From Trichodelitschia bisporula (lineage: Eukaryota), in assembly GCA_010356995.1 (NCBI GenBank), contig ML996694.1, positions 1,233,931 through 1,263,713 of the forward strand: a stretch of 29,783 nt of DNA, given 5' to 3'. Shown one piece after another: positions 11,086-21,845 of this stretch (the first letter of the stretch is position 1; every line of letters starts with the position of its first letter). A program made the position numbers and the translations under genes. A model generated the notes under the pieces. It worked only from the letters and a program-made list of their open reading frames with translations. It had not been told where the DNA came from and ran no database searches.

Positions 11086-11970
11086 TCACCCCCTGTTGTA
11101 TTTCAAATGGAGAGACCTAAACTCCTTGACCGCCACCCTGAGTGCGTCTCCGTCGGAGAGGAAAGGGAGATCGCACATGTGCGTAGGCTTGCCGTCCCTC
11201 GATGGCTGGGGAAACATCGTGCTCGGCAACCCGTCGCCAGCCCCAGGGTTGACGGGCCCGGCCGCGCGTCTGAGCTGGCCGAGTAAATGGGACCCCCCCG
11301 TGGGATCGGCCGCGCGTTTGTACTTGCCGAAGAGAGATGGAACCTCCGTGCTCGGCAATATGTCGTCGGCCGCGCGTCTAGGCTTGCCAAAGAGATGGGA
11401 TCCCTCCATTCTGGGCAACACATCGTCGGCCGCGCGTCTGGGCTCGCCGAAGACATGGGGACCCTTCGGGCTAGGAAGCAGGGTGTCAACCCCAGGGTTG
11501 AAGGGCCCGGCCGCGCGTATGGACTTGCCGAAGAGTGATTCCCCCGTGGGCACCCACGAGTTTTCACCCGACTTCCTTCTCTTGGTCGCAGGTTCCGGGC
11601 CTCGCATTGGACTGTAGCAAGCGCGTGGGCTTCGCGTGCTCTAGTAATACGTAGCGCACGGCTGGGATGGGCTTTGATAAGCGCGTGGACTACCCGTTTC
11701 GTAGCAAGGCGTGGCGAACGGGAATTCTGGAATGTCGTACCCCTTCTCGTCGGCCCAATTGAATGGAGCGGGTTTGGGGCCATCGTCATTCGAAGTGGTC
11801 TTCCGCTTCTGGCTAGCGACGGGGGGAGCGGTGGGCGAATTCTCGGCTTCGGAGCTTGCTGACTCCTCCGGCGCGTCGAGGAAATTCTGGACGCCTTTAC
11901 GGCCACGGCGGCTTCTTGTGGCCGGAGGCGAAACAAGGACTTTGGGCTTGCGGGTAGAGCGGCGAGGCAT
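11086..11970 (-). CDS. Orphan basic repeat protein (MPRRSTRKPK...; five (L/V)FG..(R/K)RAA(D/G) repeats), interrupted by an in-frame TAG at 11643-11641 (39-nt intron, nonsense allele or pseudogene)
   Basis: ORFs 12078..11641 and 11607..11086 share a frame. GGCCGCGCGT recurs at 11260, 11308, 11368, 11428 and 11509 (spacings 48, 60, 60, 81, all multiples of 3). A possible further GTGAGT donor at about 11089 leaves the 3' end uncertain. Confidence 0.5.
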
Positions 11971-12560
11971 TGCGAAGGAGGTGGAAGATGTTTGGTTGTA
12001 AGTGGTTGATTCGTAATCACACATGGAGGTTTTCGGACTGAAATGGAGATGAGAGCAGTTGGGAAAGATCACCGGCAAGTATGGAGTATGTCAGCCAAAA
12101 GGAGTGAACTGGTGCTAGGGAGGCAGAGGGGGAAGGGATATTTTCCATTCAAATACCTATGAAGCTGGTGACAGAAGGACCTTCGTGGTGTTCAAAGACC
12201 GCTTCGACGCTGAAAGCGGGCAAGATCTATCGTTGTCTTGAGCCAGCTCCGGAATGCTGGTGCTGAATGCGGTATGGAGCTTGCAAGGTTTTGGACCGCA
12301 CGCTTTCAAATTGCACATTTTCAGGTCGCATGTAGGATGCGCTGGTTCATGACCTGACCCGTAAGGATCATGGTGACTATGAACGTCCGTGCCGGTATAG
12401 TCGGGTGCTTTACCGCGTCGCAGACAATGCGTCCATGCTGTTGGGGTCAGGAGAAACACACTGGGCAGACGAAAGCAACTACCACCCATAAGCTAACGGC
12501 CGCATATGTCTGACGAGGTTCAAAGATCCATTGCACTTGAATATGTACAGAGCACCTCCT

Positions 12561-14117
12561 CTACTGTCCCGGCGAAACCAAGAGCCCCTTCTTCGCCGAG
12601 TCTGCCGCCCATCCACCAGCAAGCGGCTGCCCGCCGACCTTGTCCGCATAGTCCGCCATACGCTGCTCCAACTCCGGCCGGAAGTGCCGAATCAGACCCT
12701 GCAGCGGCCACGCGAACGCCTCGCCGAGCGCGCAAATGGACCGCCCCTCCACCATCTTCGTGATCTCGTACAACATGTCGATCTCGCGTGGCCGGCCTTG
12801 TCCGACCAGGAACCGCTGCATGATCTGATCCGTCCACTTGCTGCCCTCGCGGCACGGTGTGCACTGACCGCACGATTCGTGGTGGTAGAATTTGGCTAGG
12901 CGCGCGATGGCGCGCACCACGTCCGTCGACTTATCCATGACGATGACAGCGGCGGTTCCGAGGCCAGACTGCGAGTCCTTGAGCGCGTCAAAGTCCATCA
13001 GCTGGTCACCGCAAAGGTGCGCGGGCAGGATCGGCGTTGAGCTGCCGCCGGGGATGACGGCCTTGAGATTGTCCCACCCGCCAATAACACCACCACAGTG
13101 CTTGTCGATTAGCTCACGCAGCGGGATGCTCATCTCCTCCTCGACCGTGCACGGGTTGTTGACGTGGCCTGAGATGCAGAAGAGCTTGGTACCAGAGTTG
13201 CGCTCGCGTCCGAACGCATTGAACCAACTGGAGCCACGACGGCAAATGGTCGGCGCGACAGCGACGGTCTCGACGTTGGCCACGGTCGTGGGACAGCCGA
13301 AGAGGCCGACGGCAGCGGGGAAGGGCGGCTTGAGGCGTGGCTTGCCCGGCTTGCCCTCAAGACTCTCAATCAACGACGTCTCCTCGCCGCACACGTACGC
13401 GCCCATGCCGCGGTGCAGGTAGACGTCGAAGTCATAACCCGAGCCGCAAGCGTTCTTGCCGATGAGGCCGGCTTTGTACGCCTCCTGGATGGCGCGCTCG
13501 AGGACGGTAGCTTCTTGGTAGAACTCGCCACGAATGTAGATGTACGCAGCCGTGCAGTTCATGGCCCGGCCGGCAACGAGGCAGCCCTCCACCAGCTTGT
13601 GCGGGTCCTTGCGCATGATTTCGCGGTCCTTGCATGTGCCGGGCTCGCCCTCGTCGGCATTGACGACCAGGTAGCGCGGCTTGGTGTCTTTGTCCCAGTC
13701 CTTGAAGTTCATGAAAGACTGACCCGTTAGCGCAGCTATGGCAGTGGCGACGCACTCACCCATTTCATTCCTGAAGGGAAACCGGCTCCTCCGCGTCCTG
13801 TATGTGTTAGCGATAAATGTTGGGTCATATGGTACAAGGATACCTCGCAGTCCCGACGTCTTGATCTCGGAGATGATCCAGTCATGGCCCTTGAGAAGGA
13901 TATCCTTCGTGCGGTGCCAGTCGCCGAACTTCTGCGCACTCTTAAGATCGGCGCCATGATCTGCGTACAGGTTCGTGAAGATACGGTCCTGGTCCTTCAG
14001 TCCGCCATGAGTGCGCTTGGGGGTTTCGGTGACGGTGGCATAGTTGCGCTGTGAGGTGGAGGCGAGGCGAGGAACGCGGCCCAAGGCCCGCGGCGCGACA
14101 ATGCTGCGGGTAATCAT
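12561..14117 (-). CDS. NUO51: NADH:ubiquinone oxidoreductase (complex I) 51-kDa flavoprotein subunit (NDUFV1/NuoF orthologue); exons 14117..13844, 13797..13760, 13718..12561
   Basis: Arg-rich presequence. Splicing introns 13843-13798 and 13759-13719 restores [20 protein letters not shown]. Also [36 protein letters not shown] and the Fe-S motif [12 protein letters not shown]...ICALG. Confidence 0.98.
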   Translation of the reverse strand: MITRSIVAPRALGRVPRLASTSQRNYATVTETPKRTHGGLKDQDRIFTNLYADHGADLKSAQKFGDWHRTKDILLKGHDWIISEIKTSGLRGILVPYDPTFIANTYRTRRSRFPFRNEMGECVATAIAALTGQSFMNFKDWDKDTKPRYLVVNADEGEPGTCKDREIMRKDPHKLVEGCLVAGRAMNCTAAYIYIRGEFYQEATVLERAIQEAYKAGLIGKNACGSGYDFDVYLHRGMGAYVCGEETSLIESLEGKPGKPRLKPPFPAAVGLFGCPTTVANVETVAVAPTICRRGSSWFNAFGRERNSGTKLFCISGHVNNPCTVEEEMSIPLRELIDKHCGGVIGGWDNLKAVIPGGSSTPILPAHLCGDQLMDFDALKDSQSGLGTAAVIVMDKSTDVVRAIARLAKFYHHESCGQCTPCREGSKWTDQIMQRFLVGQGRPREIDMLYEITKMVEGRSICALGEAFAWPLQGLIRHFRPELEQRMADYADKVGGQPLAGGWAADSAKKGLLVSPGQ

Positions 14118-14862
14118 CTTGGTTGGGCGGCGGAGCCCGCAGAGTTGCTGGATGTTCAATTGATGCGGAGGTGGGGATGCACGATGAACTAGGACGGCTT
14201 GGAGGTGAGGTTGCCCGGTGATTTTCCGGAGCGGGAATCAGGCGCCAGGGCATCAAGTGGGCTATTTATGGTCACGTGATATGGAGGACACACAGTTTTG
14301 CCAGCTTGAAGCAGCTTCCGGCACTGCAGTTCCGAAATTGAAGAACTTCGAAATGGATGAGCTAGGATGAGTTGCGGTCATTAATCACGGCACGAGGATC
14401 ATGGTCTACCAAAGCTTCCTACTTTCTTGAACTGCTCTAATGTTCCAAGGCTGATGGTACCATGGACACTCCCATGGGGACGGACGTGATCGAAGTGTGA
14501 TTGATGCGGAAATGATTCAGCATTCCAGAGCTTCCTCTTGCGTTTGGATCAGGTCTGGGGGGCGGAACGTCCATGTGATACGGTGGCAATAAGGCCGGTC
14601 TGGCCTGAGCATCGCCCTTTCACGGGACGTAGCGTTTGGTCGTCGGAGAACTCAAGGGTGGCCTCATCGGTGTGCCGCTTGTGGAGATGAATGTGCTCCG
14701 GCGACGCGCTTAGCTCCTTCTTGAGCTGGCAGCCGATCGGGAGATCGAAAGCGAGGATGTTCAGGGACGCAGAGCCATTTGCGCGACGGGTGATGCCAGG
14801 AAGACCGCCGACTGGGTTGTGTCGTGGCTGTGGCACTGATGCCATTCGATATGCCCGTCCCC

Positions 14863-15492
14863 TCATTGCCACTTGACCAAGTTGCTCGGTATGAGTGCTT
14901 GCAACCCCTTCACTTGCTTCGCATGGTTGGCCGCCCGAATCTCGCGCACAAGTGGCTGGTTCGCCATCGTCTTGTCCTTCCGCCTGAAGTTCCGCCCATC
15001 AACAACCGTGTAGTCCGGTAGCTCTGTGTGCGCGGGTATATTTGCGTAGGAAAGAATCTTGCAGTACTGTTTCCATCAGTCTACAGCGCCGCAGTCCTTC
15101 AGCGCACTCACCTTGCCAATGCGTGCCCCAACTCCCACGCGGGCGAAGCTCTCTATCATGCTCCCTTCCCCAACCTCCCTCGCCTCCACCACTGCACCTG
15201 TCTCAATGACAACATTGGGCCCTAGGCGCACTCCCCGCGCGTCTTCCTCCTCGCCCTCCGTGATCTTGCTGTCCCCACACCCTACCAGCGCCTTCTCCCA
15301 TATGATACACCCCTCGCCAATGTCTACCGGGCCACCACCAGCCATGATACGTGCGTAGGGGTGGAGGACGGCGCGGGCACGGACGGTGATACGGTGCGGG
15401 CCGGTGAGAAGTGCGTGCGAGGCGACGGTGCTGGCGGGGTCGAGTGTGGTAGGCGCTTTGGGGGGAACCGGTCGGCGCGCGGCCGTGGCCAT
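14863..15492 (-). CDS. Dynactin subunit 6 (p27)-like, left-handed beta-helix (trimeric LpxA-like) protein; exons 15492..15112, 15066..14863; possible in-frame N-terminal extension from ATG 15687
   Basis: Hexapeptide pattern AVLHPYARIMAGGGPVDIGEGCIIWEKALV...LGPNVVIETGAVVEAREVGEGSMIE...VGVGARIGK. Intron 15111-15067 (GTGAGT..CTGAT..CAG) leads to YCKI...ELPDYTVV...LQALIPSNLVKWQ*. Confidence 0.82.
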
Positions 15493-15496
15493 CTTA

Positions 15497-15686
15497 GACT
15501 GGACAAATTCTCGTCGGAAAAGGCGAGAGGGAGAGGTTGAGGCCTTTCGCTTCAGGCGATTGTTGGCTGGCGTGGAGCTGGTGGACGGCTTGGACTGGAC
15601 AAATTCTCGTCGCAAAACACGGGACGGAGATGTTGAGGCCTTTCGCTTCAAGCGATTGTTAGCTGCGGTGGAGCTGGTGGACGGCA
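15497..15686. repeat. 96-bp direct tandem duplication immediately upstream of, and in frame with, the dynactin p27-like ATG
   Basis: GACTGGACAAATTCTCGTCG...GTGGAGCTGGTGGACGGC starts at both 15497 and 15593. It translates on the minus strand as PSTSST(A/P)ANNRLKRKASTSPSR(VL/LF)RREFVQSK twice. Confidence 0.93.
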
Positions 15687-15704
15687 TCGTGAGTTGCAAG
15701 GGGG

Positions 15705-15718
15705 CACGTGATCACGTG
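15705..15718. promoter_or_regulatory. Palindromic double E-box CACGTGATCACGTG (candidate bHLH/Cbf1-type site)
   Basis: Perfect 14-bp palindrome just upstream of the dynactin-like gene. A related GTCACGTGAT lies at 14271-14280, upstream of NUO51. Confidence 0.5.
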
Positions 15719-16829
15719 GTGGGAGGGTTAGCAACTTCACTTGACACGGAGATCAGCGGAAATCTGGAGCGTTATAAATAGCAGCCGGCAGCTTCCAGAC
15801 AAATGGACGACAGGCTTACGGTTAGCAGCAGCAATCTCGACGCATTCATCAGAGCAGCTTACTTTCATTGAGCGATGGATATCAAGTCGCATCAACCGGC
15901 TGAAAACATTGGACAATCGCTCAATATGCTTTATGAGTATCCACCCAACGCCGCGGTCCCTCGATTGTTCTTTATTCAGGCTGGAGTTAACGAAAGTGAA
16001 GGCTAAAAATCTGGAGAGATGCCATCTTACCGCCTATAAAACAAAACTCAAGTGGGTTTCAGACATCCGACAAAGCCGTACGGATACCAGCTTCCACACT
16101 GAAACCATCATCCGCACCACTCGCTCTTACTTCCTCGTCGGTAGCAGCATGACAGAGCCGAAAGAGATTATGACCAGTATCTCTACGCACCTCACCGTCA
16201 ACATTCGGGCATGTTGGCGCGGGGCGTCAACCCAGCCGGCCTTTAGCGGCGAGATTCTGTACTCCATCATCTTACGCCAAACGGATTCCTACGAATCCTA
16301 AGGCGACTTCCATTGGTGATCTTGACATATCTTCACGATAGGAGGCCTTTAGTCGTTACGAAGATGTGCTCTCACCAGATCGCAAAAGTGGGATGCTTCT
16401 TAAAGTGTACGATGGTGCCAATCAACAGCATTAAAGGATGTGGGATTGCTAGGGTACCGCCTCGTCCAAGGCTGTAGGTAATTTGACACCTTCCTAATCC
16501 GAACATACCCAGTCATCTCTTCACATTCGGCCTTCAGCCTTCGCAGAACCATTTCTTTCCAATTGGAGCTTCCCCATAAACGTCATTGACCCCCACTTTA
16601 TATGGAACATTCTCCACACGTCCGACAAGCGCCAGTTTCATTCTTTCACCCTGGCCACGGCCCAAGCGTCTCTCATAAGGTTCTCGATGCCACATGCGCC
16701 AAGATCACATATCGCAATCAATTTATACATGCCTAGCCTGGGATGCCGAACCGCGCAAACAACAATTCAAAACCCAATCTTCACTTCACCACTGCAACAT
16801 GCTGGCCGTCAAGCCGTCAACTCCGCACC

Positions 16830-18233
16830 ATGTCCACTTGCCCGCGGACGGGCTCCTTCGTCGTCATCACATTCGCAAGCCTCGCCATTGCCGTATCGCT
16901 TTTCCTCTGGACACCGTTCTACTCCGGCCTTCCTCCGCCGGCGTGGACACAGACCTCCACTGGAGATAGTGCGCAGATTGTCAAACTTGCGCCATCGTAC
17001 GCTCCCCGTGGTTGGAACTTCGACCCCGCGCGTGACGCCAACAACTACTCCTTAAACTCCGCTCAATGCGCACGCGCCTTTCCTCGGCTGTACCATGAAC
17101 TTGAGCGCGCTGTGCGACAGAGGCACGAGCTTGCCCTCGGGAATGTTACTACGGAGGACGTGGATGTGCAGTGGCGGGACTCGGGAGAGCTGGTGCGGGT
17201 GCTGCTATGGGAAGGACAGGTATATCTCGCCACATAATCTGCAGAGAGACCTTCTAACGCCGCCAGCTGCGCATCGTTGACACTAACTGGGCCGACCATG
17301 GCTGGGACATCCCTCGCGCTCTCGCAATCCTTCACTCCATCCATCGCGCGGTGCTCTCGTCACGGGCCGAGCGCATTCCGAACATTGAGTTTGCAGTCAG
17401 TGTCGGTGACTGGCCCGGCGATCCAATCGACGAGCATCCGATCTGGGTGCTTACGCGGCATCGGGACCAGCCGAATAAGTGGGTGATGCCGGATTTCGGC
17501 TTCTGGAGCTGGCCGATCGACTTCATTGGCGAGTACACGCAGGTGCGGAGAGACATTGAGGAAAATGAGCCGGCTTGGGATAATAAGGACACGCGACTGG
17601 TGTGGCGCGGTGCGACGAAGACGAATGCGCTGCGGGAAGCTCTGGTGCGAGTGTCCAAAGGAAAGGCGTGGAGTGACGTACAGGAGATCAAGTGGAACGA
17701 TGAGGAGTTGATGAAGCAAACTGCTCTGTCAATTCCGGAGCACTGCAATTATCGGTTTGTGGCGCATACCGAAGGTAAGAAGTCCGACCATGGCTGAGAA
17801 ATTACTCACAGCGCAAGGACACTCATATTCTGGCCGTGGGAAGTATCTCTTGAACTGCCACTCGGTTTCAGTAGTTCATGAGCCGGAGTGGATTGAGCCG
17901 CACACGCACCTCTTCATCCCATCAGGCCCACAGCAAAATGTGGTAGCCGTGCGCCGCGACTTCAAAGACCTGAACAAGCAGATGAAGTCATTAATGCGGC
18001 AGCCGGAGCGAGCGCAGCAAATCGCAACCAACAGTGTGGCAACCTTTCGTGATCGGTATCTAACGCCTGCTGCAACCGCGTGCTACTGGCGCGATATGTT
18101 CCGGGCATGGGCGAGTGTGAGCTTCGAGCCACAACTGTTTGAGATTGTGGAAGGGGAGCGCAGGGAGCGGGGAGTATCATTTGAGTCATGGGTCACGGAG
18201 TTAGAATATCCAGAAGAGGACGCGGATGATTAG
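16830..18233 (+). CDS. Glycosyltransferase family 90 (CAP10/KDELC-like), type II membrane protein; exons 16830..17219, 17267..17774, 17818..18233
   Basis: N-terminal TM (SFVVITFASLAIAVSLFLW), YSLNSAQCARAFPRLY, IPNIEFAVSVGD, WVMPDFGFWSWP, LVWRG, HCNYRFVAHTEG|HSYSGRGKYLLNCHSV and FRDRYLTPAATACYWR. Introns at 17220-17266 and 17775-17817. An alternative upstream in-frame ATG lies at 16743. Confidence 0.92.
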
Positions 18234-18694
18234 ACTATCACTTTCTAATACCTAATAAGAACGTACATCACCCACATTGCCTTTCTGCTTATATTCGCAT
18301 ATCCCTTCTCCTCACTTCGCTCACTCTCTTCGTCATGTTTTCCACCTCACGCCCTTCGTTAAACGATGTCAAAATTTCTCACAACCCAGCGGCCGTTGAT
18401 CAGAACTATCAGACCCCATATATTCTCTTCAATTATGGGAAACCTGCCAAAATGGGACAAGTGTAACCTCGTCTCCGGAAGACGGCAAGCCCCGCACACA
18501 GTGGCTGACTCGCGTGGCCGCTGGCGCCGGGTAACCGCACACGTACAAGGATAACAAGACCCCTCGCACTAGCAACCGAGGTTCAGCACCTAAGCTCCGC
18601 CCATCACGGTCGTCAGCATAATGCTTCACAAAACACCTACGCTTCGTACAACACGAACCTCACAACCACCCTCACCCCCCTGAACACCGCAACA

Positions 18695-19570
18695 ATGGCC
18701 CCCCTAACAACCCAACCCCCCTCAACACCAACCTACCTCCTCTCCTACCCCGCACCCTACGTCCTGCTCATAACCATAAACCGCCCAAAGGCAATGAACT
18801 CCCTCCCCTACGCCTCGCACTGGGAAGCCGAGTCCCTCCTCTCCTGGTTCGACGCCGAGCCACAACTCCGCGTCGCCGTCATCACCGGCGCCGGCGACAA
18901 GGCCTTCTGCGCAGGGCAGGACCTCATCGAGCAAGGCCGCGTCAAGACCAACCCGCTCCCGCGCCAAATGATGACGCACCCGCCCAGCGGTTTTATGGGT
19001 GTTAGTCGCCGCACGGGCAAGAAGCCAGTTATTGCGGCGGTTAATGGGTTTGCGCTGGGGGGTGGGTTTGAGATATGTCTTGGCTCGTGAGTTGCCTGTC
19101 TTGAGGCTGGACGCTGCTGACTAGACAGCGACATGATCGTTGCTTCCCCGCGCGCCACCTTTGGCCTTCCCGAGGCAAAGCGCGGGCTGTACGCCGGTGC
19201 AGGCGGTCTGTCACGGTTAGTCCGCATCGTAGGCATGCCGCTCGCATCCGAAATCGCGATGGCAGGCCGCGTGCTTAGCGCACAAGAGGCAGTAGCCTAC
19301 GGCGTCGCGAACCGCGTGTCCAAGACGCACGAGAGCCTCGTCGCCGAAGCCGTCGAGCTAGCGGGTCAAATCGGGGAGCTATCGCCGGACGCGATCATTG
19401 TGACGCGGCACGGGCTGCGCGAGGCGTGGGAGACGGGCAGCGTGGAGCGCGCGAGCCAGCTGACGCAGGAGCGGTACGGGCGGGCTCTGGCGGAGGGAGA
19501 GAATATACGTATTGGGCTGGCGGCGTTTGCGAATAAGACGAAACCGGCGTTTAAGCCGAGCAAGCTGTGA
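18695..19570 (+). CDS. Enoyl-CoA hydratase/isomerase (crotonase) family protein with PTS1 (SKL), probably peroxisomal; exons 18695..19086, 19129..19570
   Basis: LLITINRPKAMNSL, ITGAGDKAFCAGQDL, KPVIAAVNGFALGGGFEICLGS|DMIVASPRATFGLPEAKRG. Intron 19087-19128. C-terminus AFKPSKL*. Confidence 0.95.
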
Positions 19571-19606
19571 GCTTGGGGGGTGGTATTTGTACATAGTTTC
19601 TAGTTT

Positions 19607-20482
19607 CTATCCTTGCAGCGCCTTTTTCGCGTTATCTAAAATCCGCTTGACATCTTCGTTGTGCTTTTTCACCAACTCATCCATCTGCTTTTGCGCCTTT
19701 TGTAGGTCGTCCGGCCGCACTGTTTTGGCTACCCCCATTGCGCGCAGCTTCTTCTGGTGCGCACCGCGTGCCTCGCGGATTTGGTGAAGGGCTTCCTCGG
19801 ACAACTTGCTTGCCGTTGCGAGAGCCGCAAGCTTCGTTTCACCGGTAGGCGGTGGGACTGGGACCGTCAGCGTAGTGGGAGCTTCGTCGGTGGGGCCCTG
19901 CGGCATGATTCCTAGCCAGGAGCTCGCAATGGCGGTCTTAATCGGCTTAACGTGCTATGGCGGTCAGCACGGCTTCGGAATGGTGCTATGGCGTCATACA
20001 TCTGCATCCGCAACGATCACAGTCATGACGCGACCCTTCGGGACCACTTGCGCGAGCTCGCCAATTCGAAGCGTCGCCTTCTCGCCCTTGGTTATGACGA
20101 CCTTGAGGTCCTCAATTGACTCCGTATTCATGCGACCTCCGGCACGAAGCTTCGACAGCTCGTGTGTAAAGGTCTCAATGGCGCGGAGCATGCGGCTCTC
20201 GAGGGTAGAAAAGTCAAAGGCATTGTCGACGGCGGTTGCGTGGCCGGCAGTATCAACGGGAGGCGTGGAGTCGGTATGCGCGTGGGAGAGGTTTGCCTTG
20301 CCTTTCTTCTTGAGCAGTGGGGGTGTCGTGGAGAGTGCTCGGGCGGGGACGGCTACGGTCTGGCTGTCCTGCATCAGCTCATGTCGCACGTGGTTGGGCG
20401 CGAGGTACCACCGCGCACAGATAAAGCTCCGAGGACGCGTCAGGCGCATTGCCCGAGCGAGGTTGGGGAGTCGGGCAGCCAT
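19607..20482 (-). CDS. RRF1: Mitochondrial ribosome recycling factor; exons 20482..20000, 19954..19607
   Basis: Mitochondrial-type presequence, ELSKLRAGGRMNTESIEDLKV...IGELAQVVPKGR. Intron 19999-19955 leads to HVKPIKTAIASS...LTVPVPPPTGE...IREARG...VRPDDLQKAQKQMDEL. Confidence 0.88.
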
Positions 20483-21747
20483 GGTTGAGGAATTGGGCGG
20501 AGGGAAGGTGTGGGAGTGTGCGTAGAGCTATGGGGCCATGTATAAAATTGAAGATCTGAAGCGCCGGGTAGTGACGGCGGGTGGTGACGGCGATGGCGCG
20601 TGGGCGCATCGTGGTGGCTTTCGGGGCTACATTTGGCCGTACCCGGGACCAACGTCACCGGTTTCACCTTCTGTTCAACTCAACACCACACTGTGCATCG
20701 TGCGAAAAGACGTGAGAGCCAGAGCTTGGTCGAGAATGCCTAGTAGGCTGGCATTTCAGAACCCAGACTCTGCAGAACTCATATGGAAGGCCGAGCCGTC
20801 TTTGCTGCTCCTCTTGCCACCTTCTGGGCCTCTTTCAGGATCACATCCTGCCTCTAACTGAATATGTTCAAAATCTACAAGCTAGCATCTTTTGCTACCG
20901 ATCATGTTGCGAGTATACCCATCTACTCGGCCGTACTAGTTGTGCATCCTTTTTGGGCGTATATCGGCGAGGAGGGGCTTCCGGTCTTTTCGCTAACCTG
21001 CAACCGTAGCTGCTTTCCTTAGCCCTGATGGACATCTCCTCGGGGCAGGCCGCTGCATCGAAGACACCTCGGCGACATCGCCCGGGGGTTTGTGAAAACT
21101 TCCAAATGGCACCTGCACCGCTTCCATCAACTCGACGGTCTGGCAAAGCCTCATAGCGTCACCGCAAGCCCACCAATTTGGCGGTCAGGGCGCTGAGAGC
21201 CCTACCTCACCATCGCTCACATCCCGCCCCGCCCTCCCCCGCGAAACACGGGCCCTCCGTTTCGTTTCGCGACTCATACATCCCCCCACCGCCGTCACAG
21301 ACGAAGTGAGCCTCTGCGTGATGCAATAAACCGCCGTCCAATTAGCGGTTAACTTCCGGATTTCCGCTTTGGGAACGCTTGGTACCCCGGACTCTGCCCT
21401 CCTTGGATCCTCCTGTTGTATGTCCATCCAAAGCAATATCGCGCCGCCCAAACTATATGGCCAAGCTTCACTCCGCCTCGCCTTAGCAGCGCATCGTTGC
21501 GCGCAGAGTGGCCAAGCGGACGATCACGCGGTGCGGGAGCAATCAGAGCGCGTCATTAACTGGGCCGACAAGGTTCGCTCGTCTTAATTTCGATGTCTGT
21601 GATCTACACATGCGAGCCGAAGCCCGTAGACCCTGTGCGAAGCGGGACGTAGCAGTAGATGGCAACGGGCAGTGACGATGAGATGGATGAGGGTTCCTAG
21701 GGGCTGAGGGGACAGGGAGGGGCAGAAGAGAGGGAAGTCTGAGCGAG

Positions 21748-21755
21748 TATATAAG
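21748..21755 (+). promoter_or_regulatory. TATA box of the secreted repeat-protein gene
   Basis: TATATAAG about 95 bp upstream of ATG 21846, followed by a C/A-rich leader and CATCATG start context. Confidence 0.6.
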
Positions 21756-21845
21756 CCTGAGCCTCCTCAACCTTAAGCTGGCAATACCAACATCAGCGCC
21801 ACTCAAACACTTACAGTCCTTAACGTCTTTGATTATCCAGTCATC

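Noticed and set aside
15741..16301. 186-aa ORF in the dynactin-GT90 intergenic region
   Set aside because: Non-ATG start, no recognisable domain, and lacks the C/G third-position bias of the real genes.
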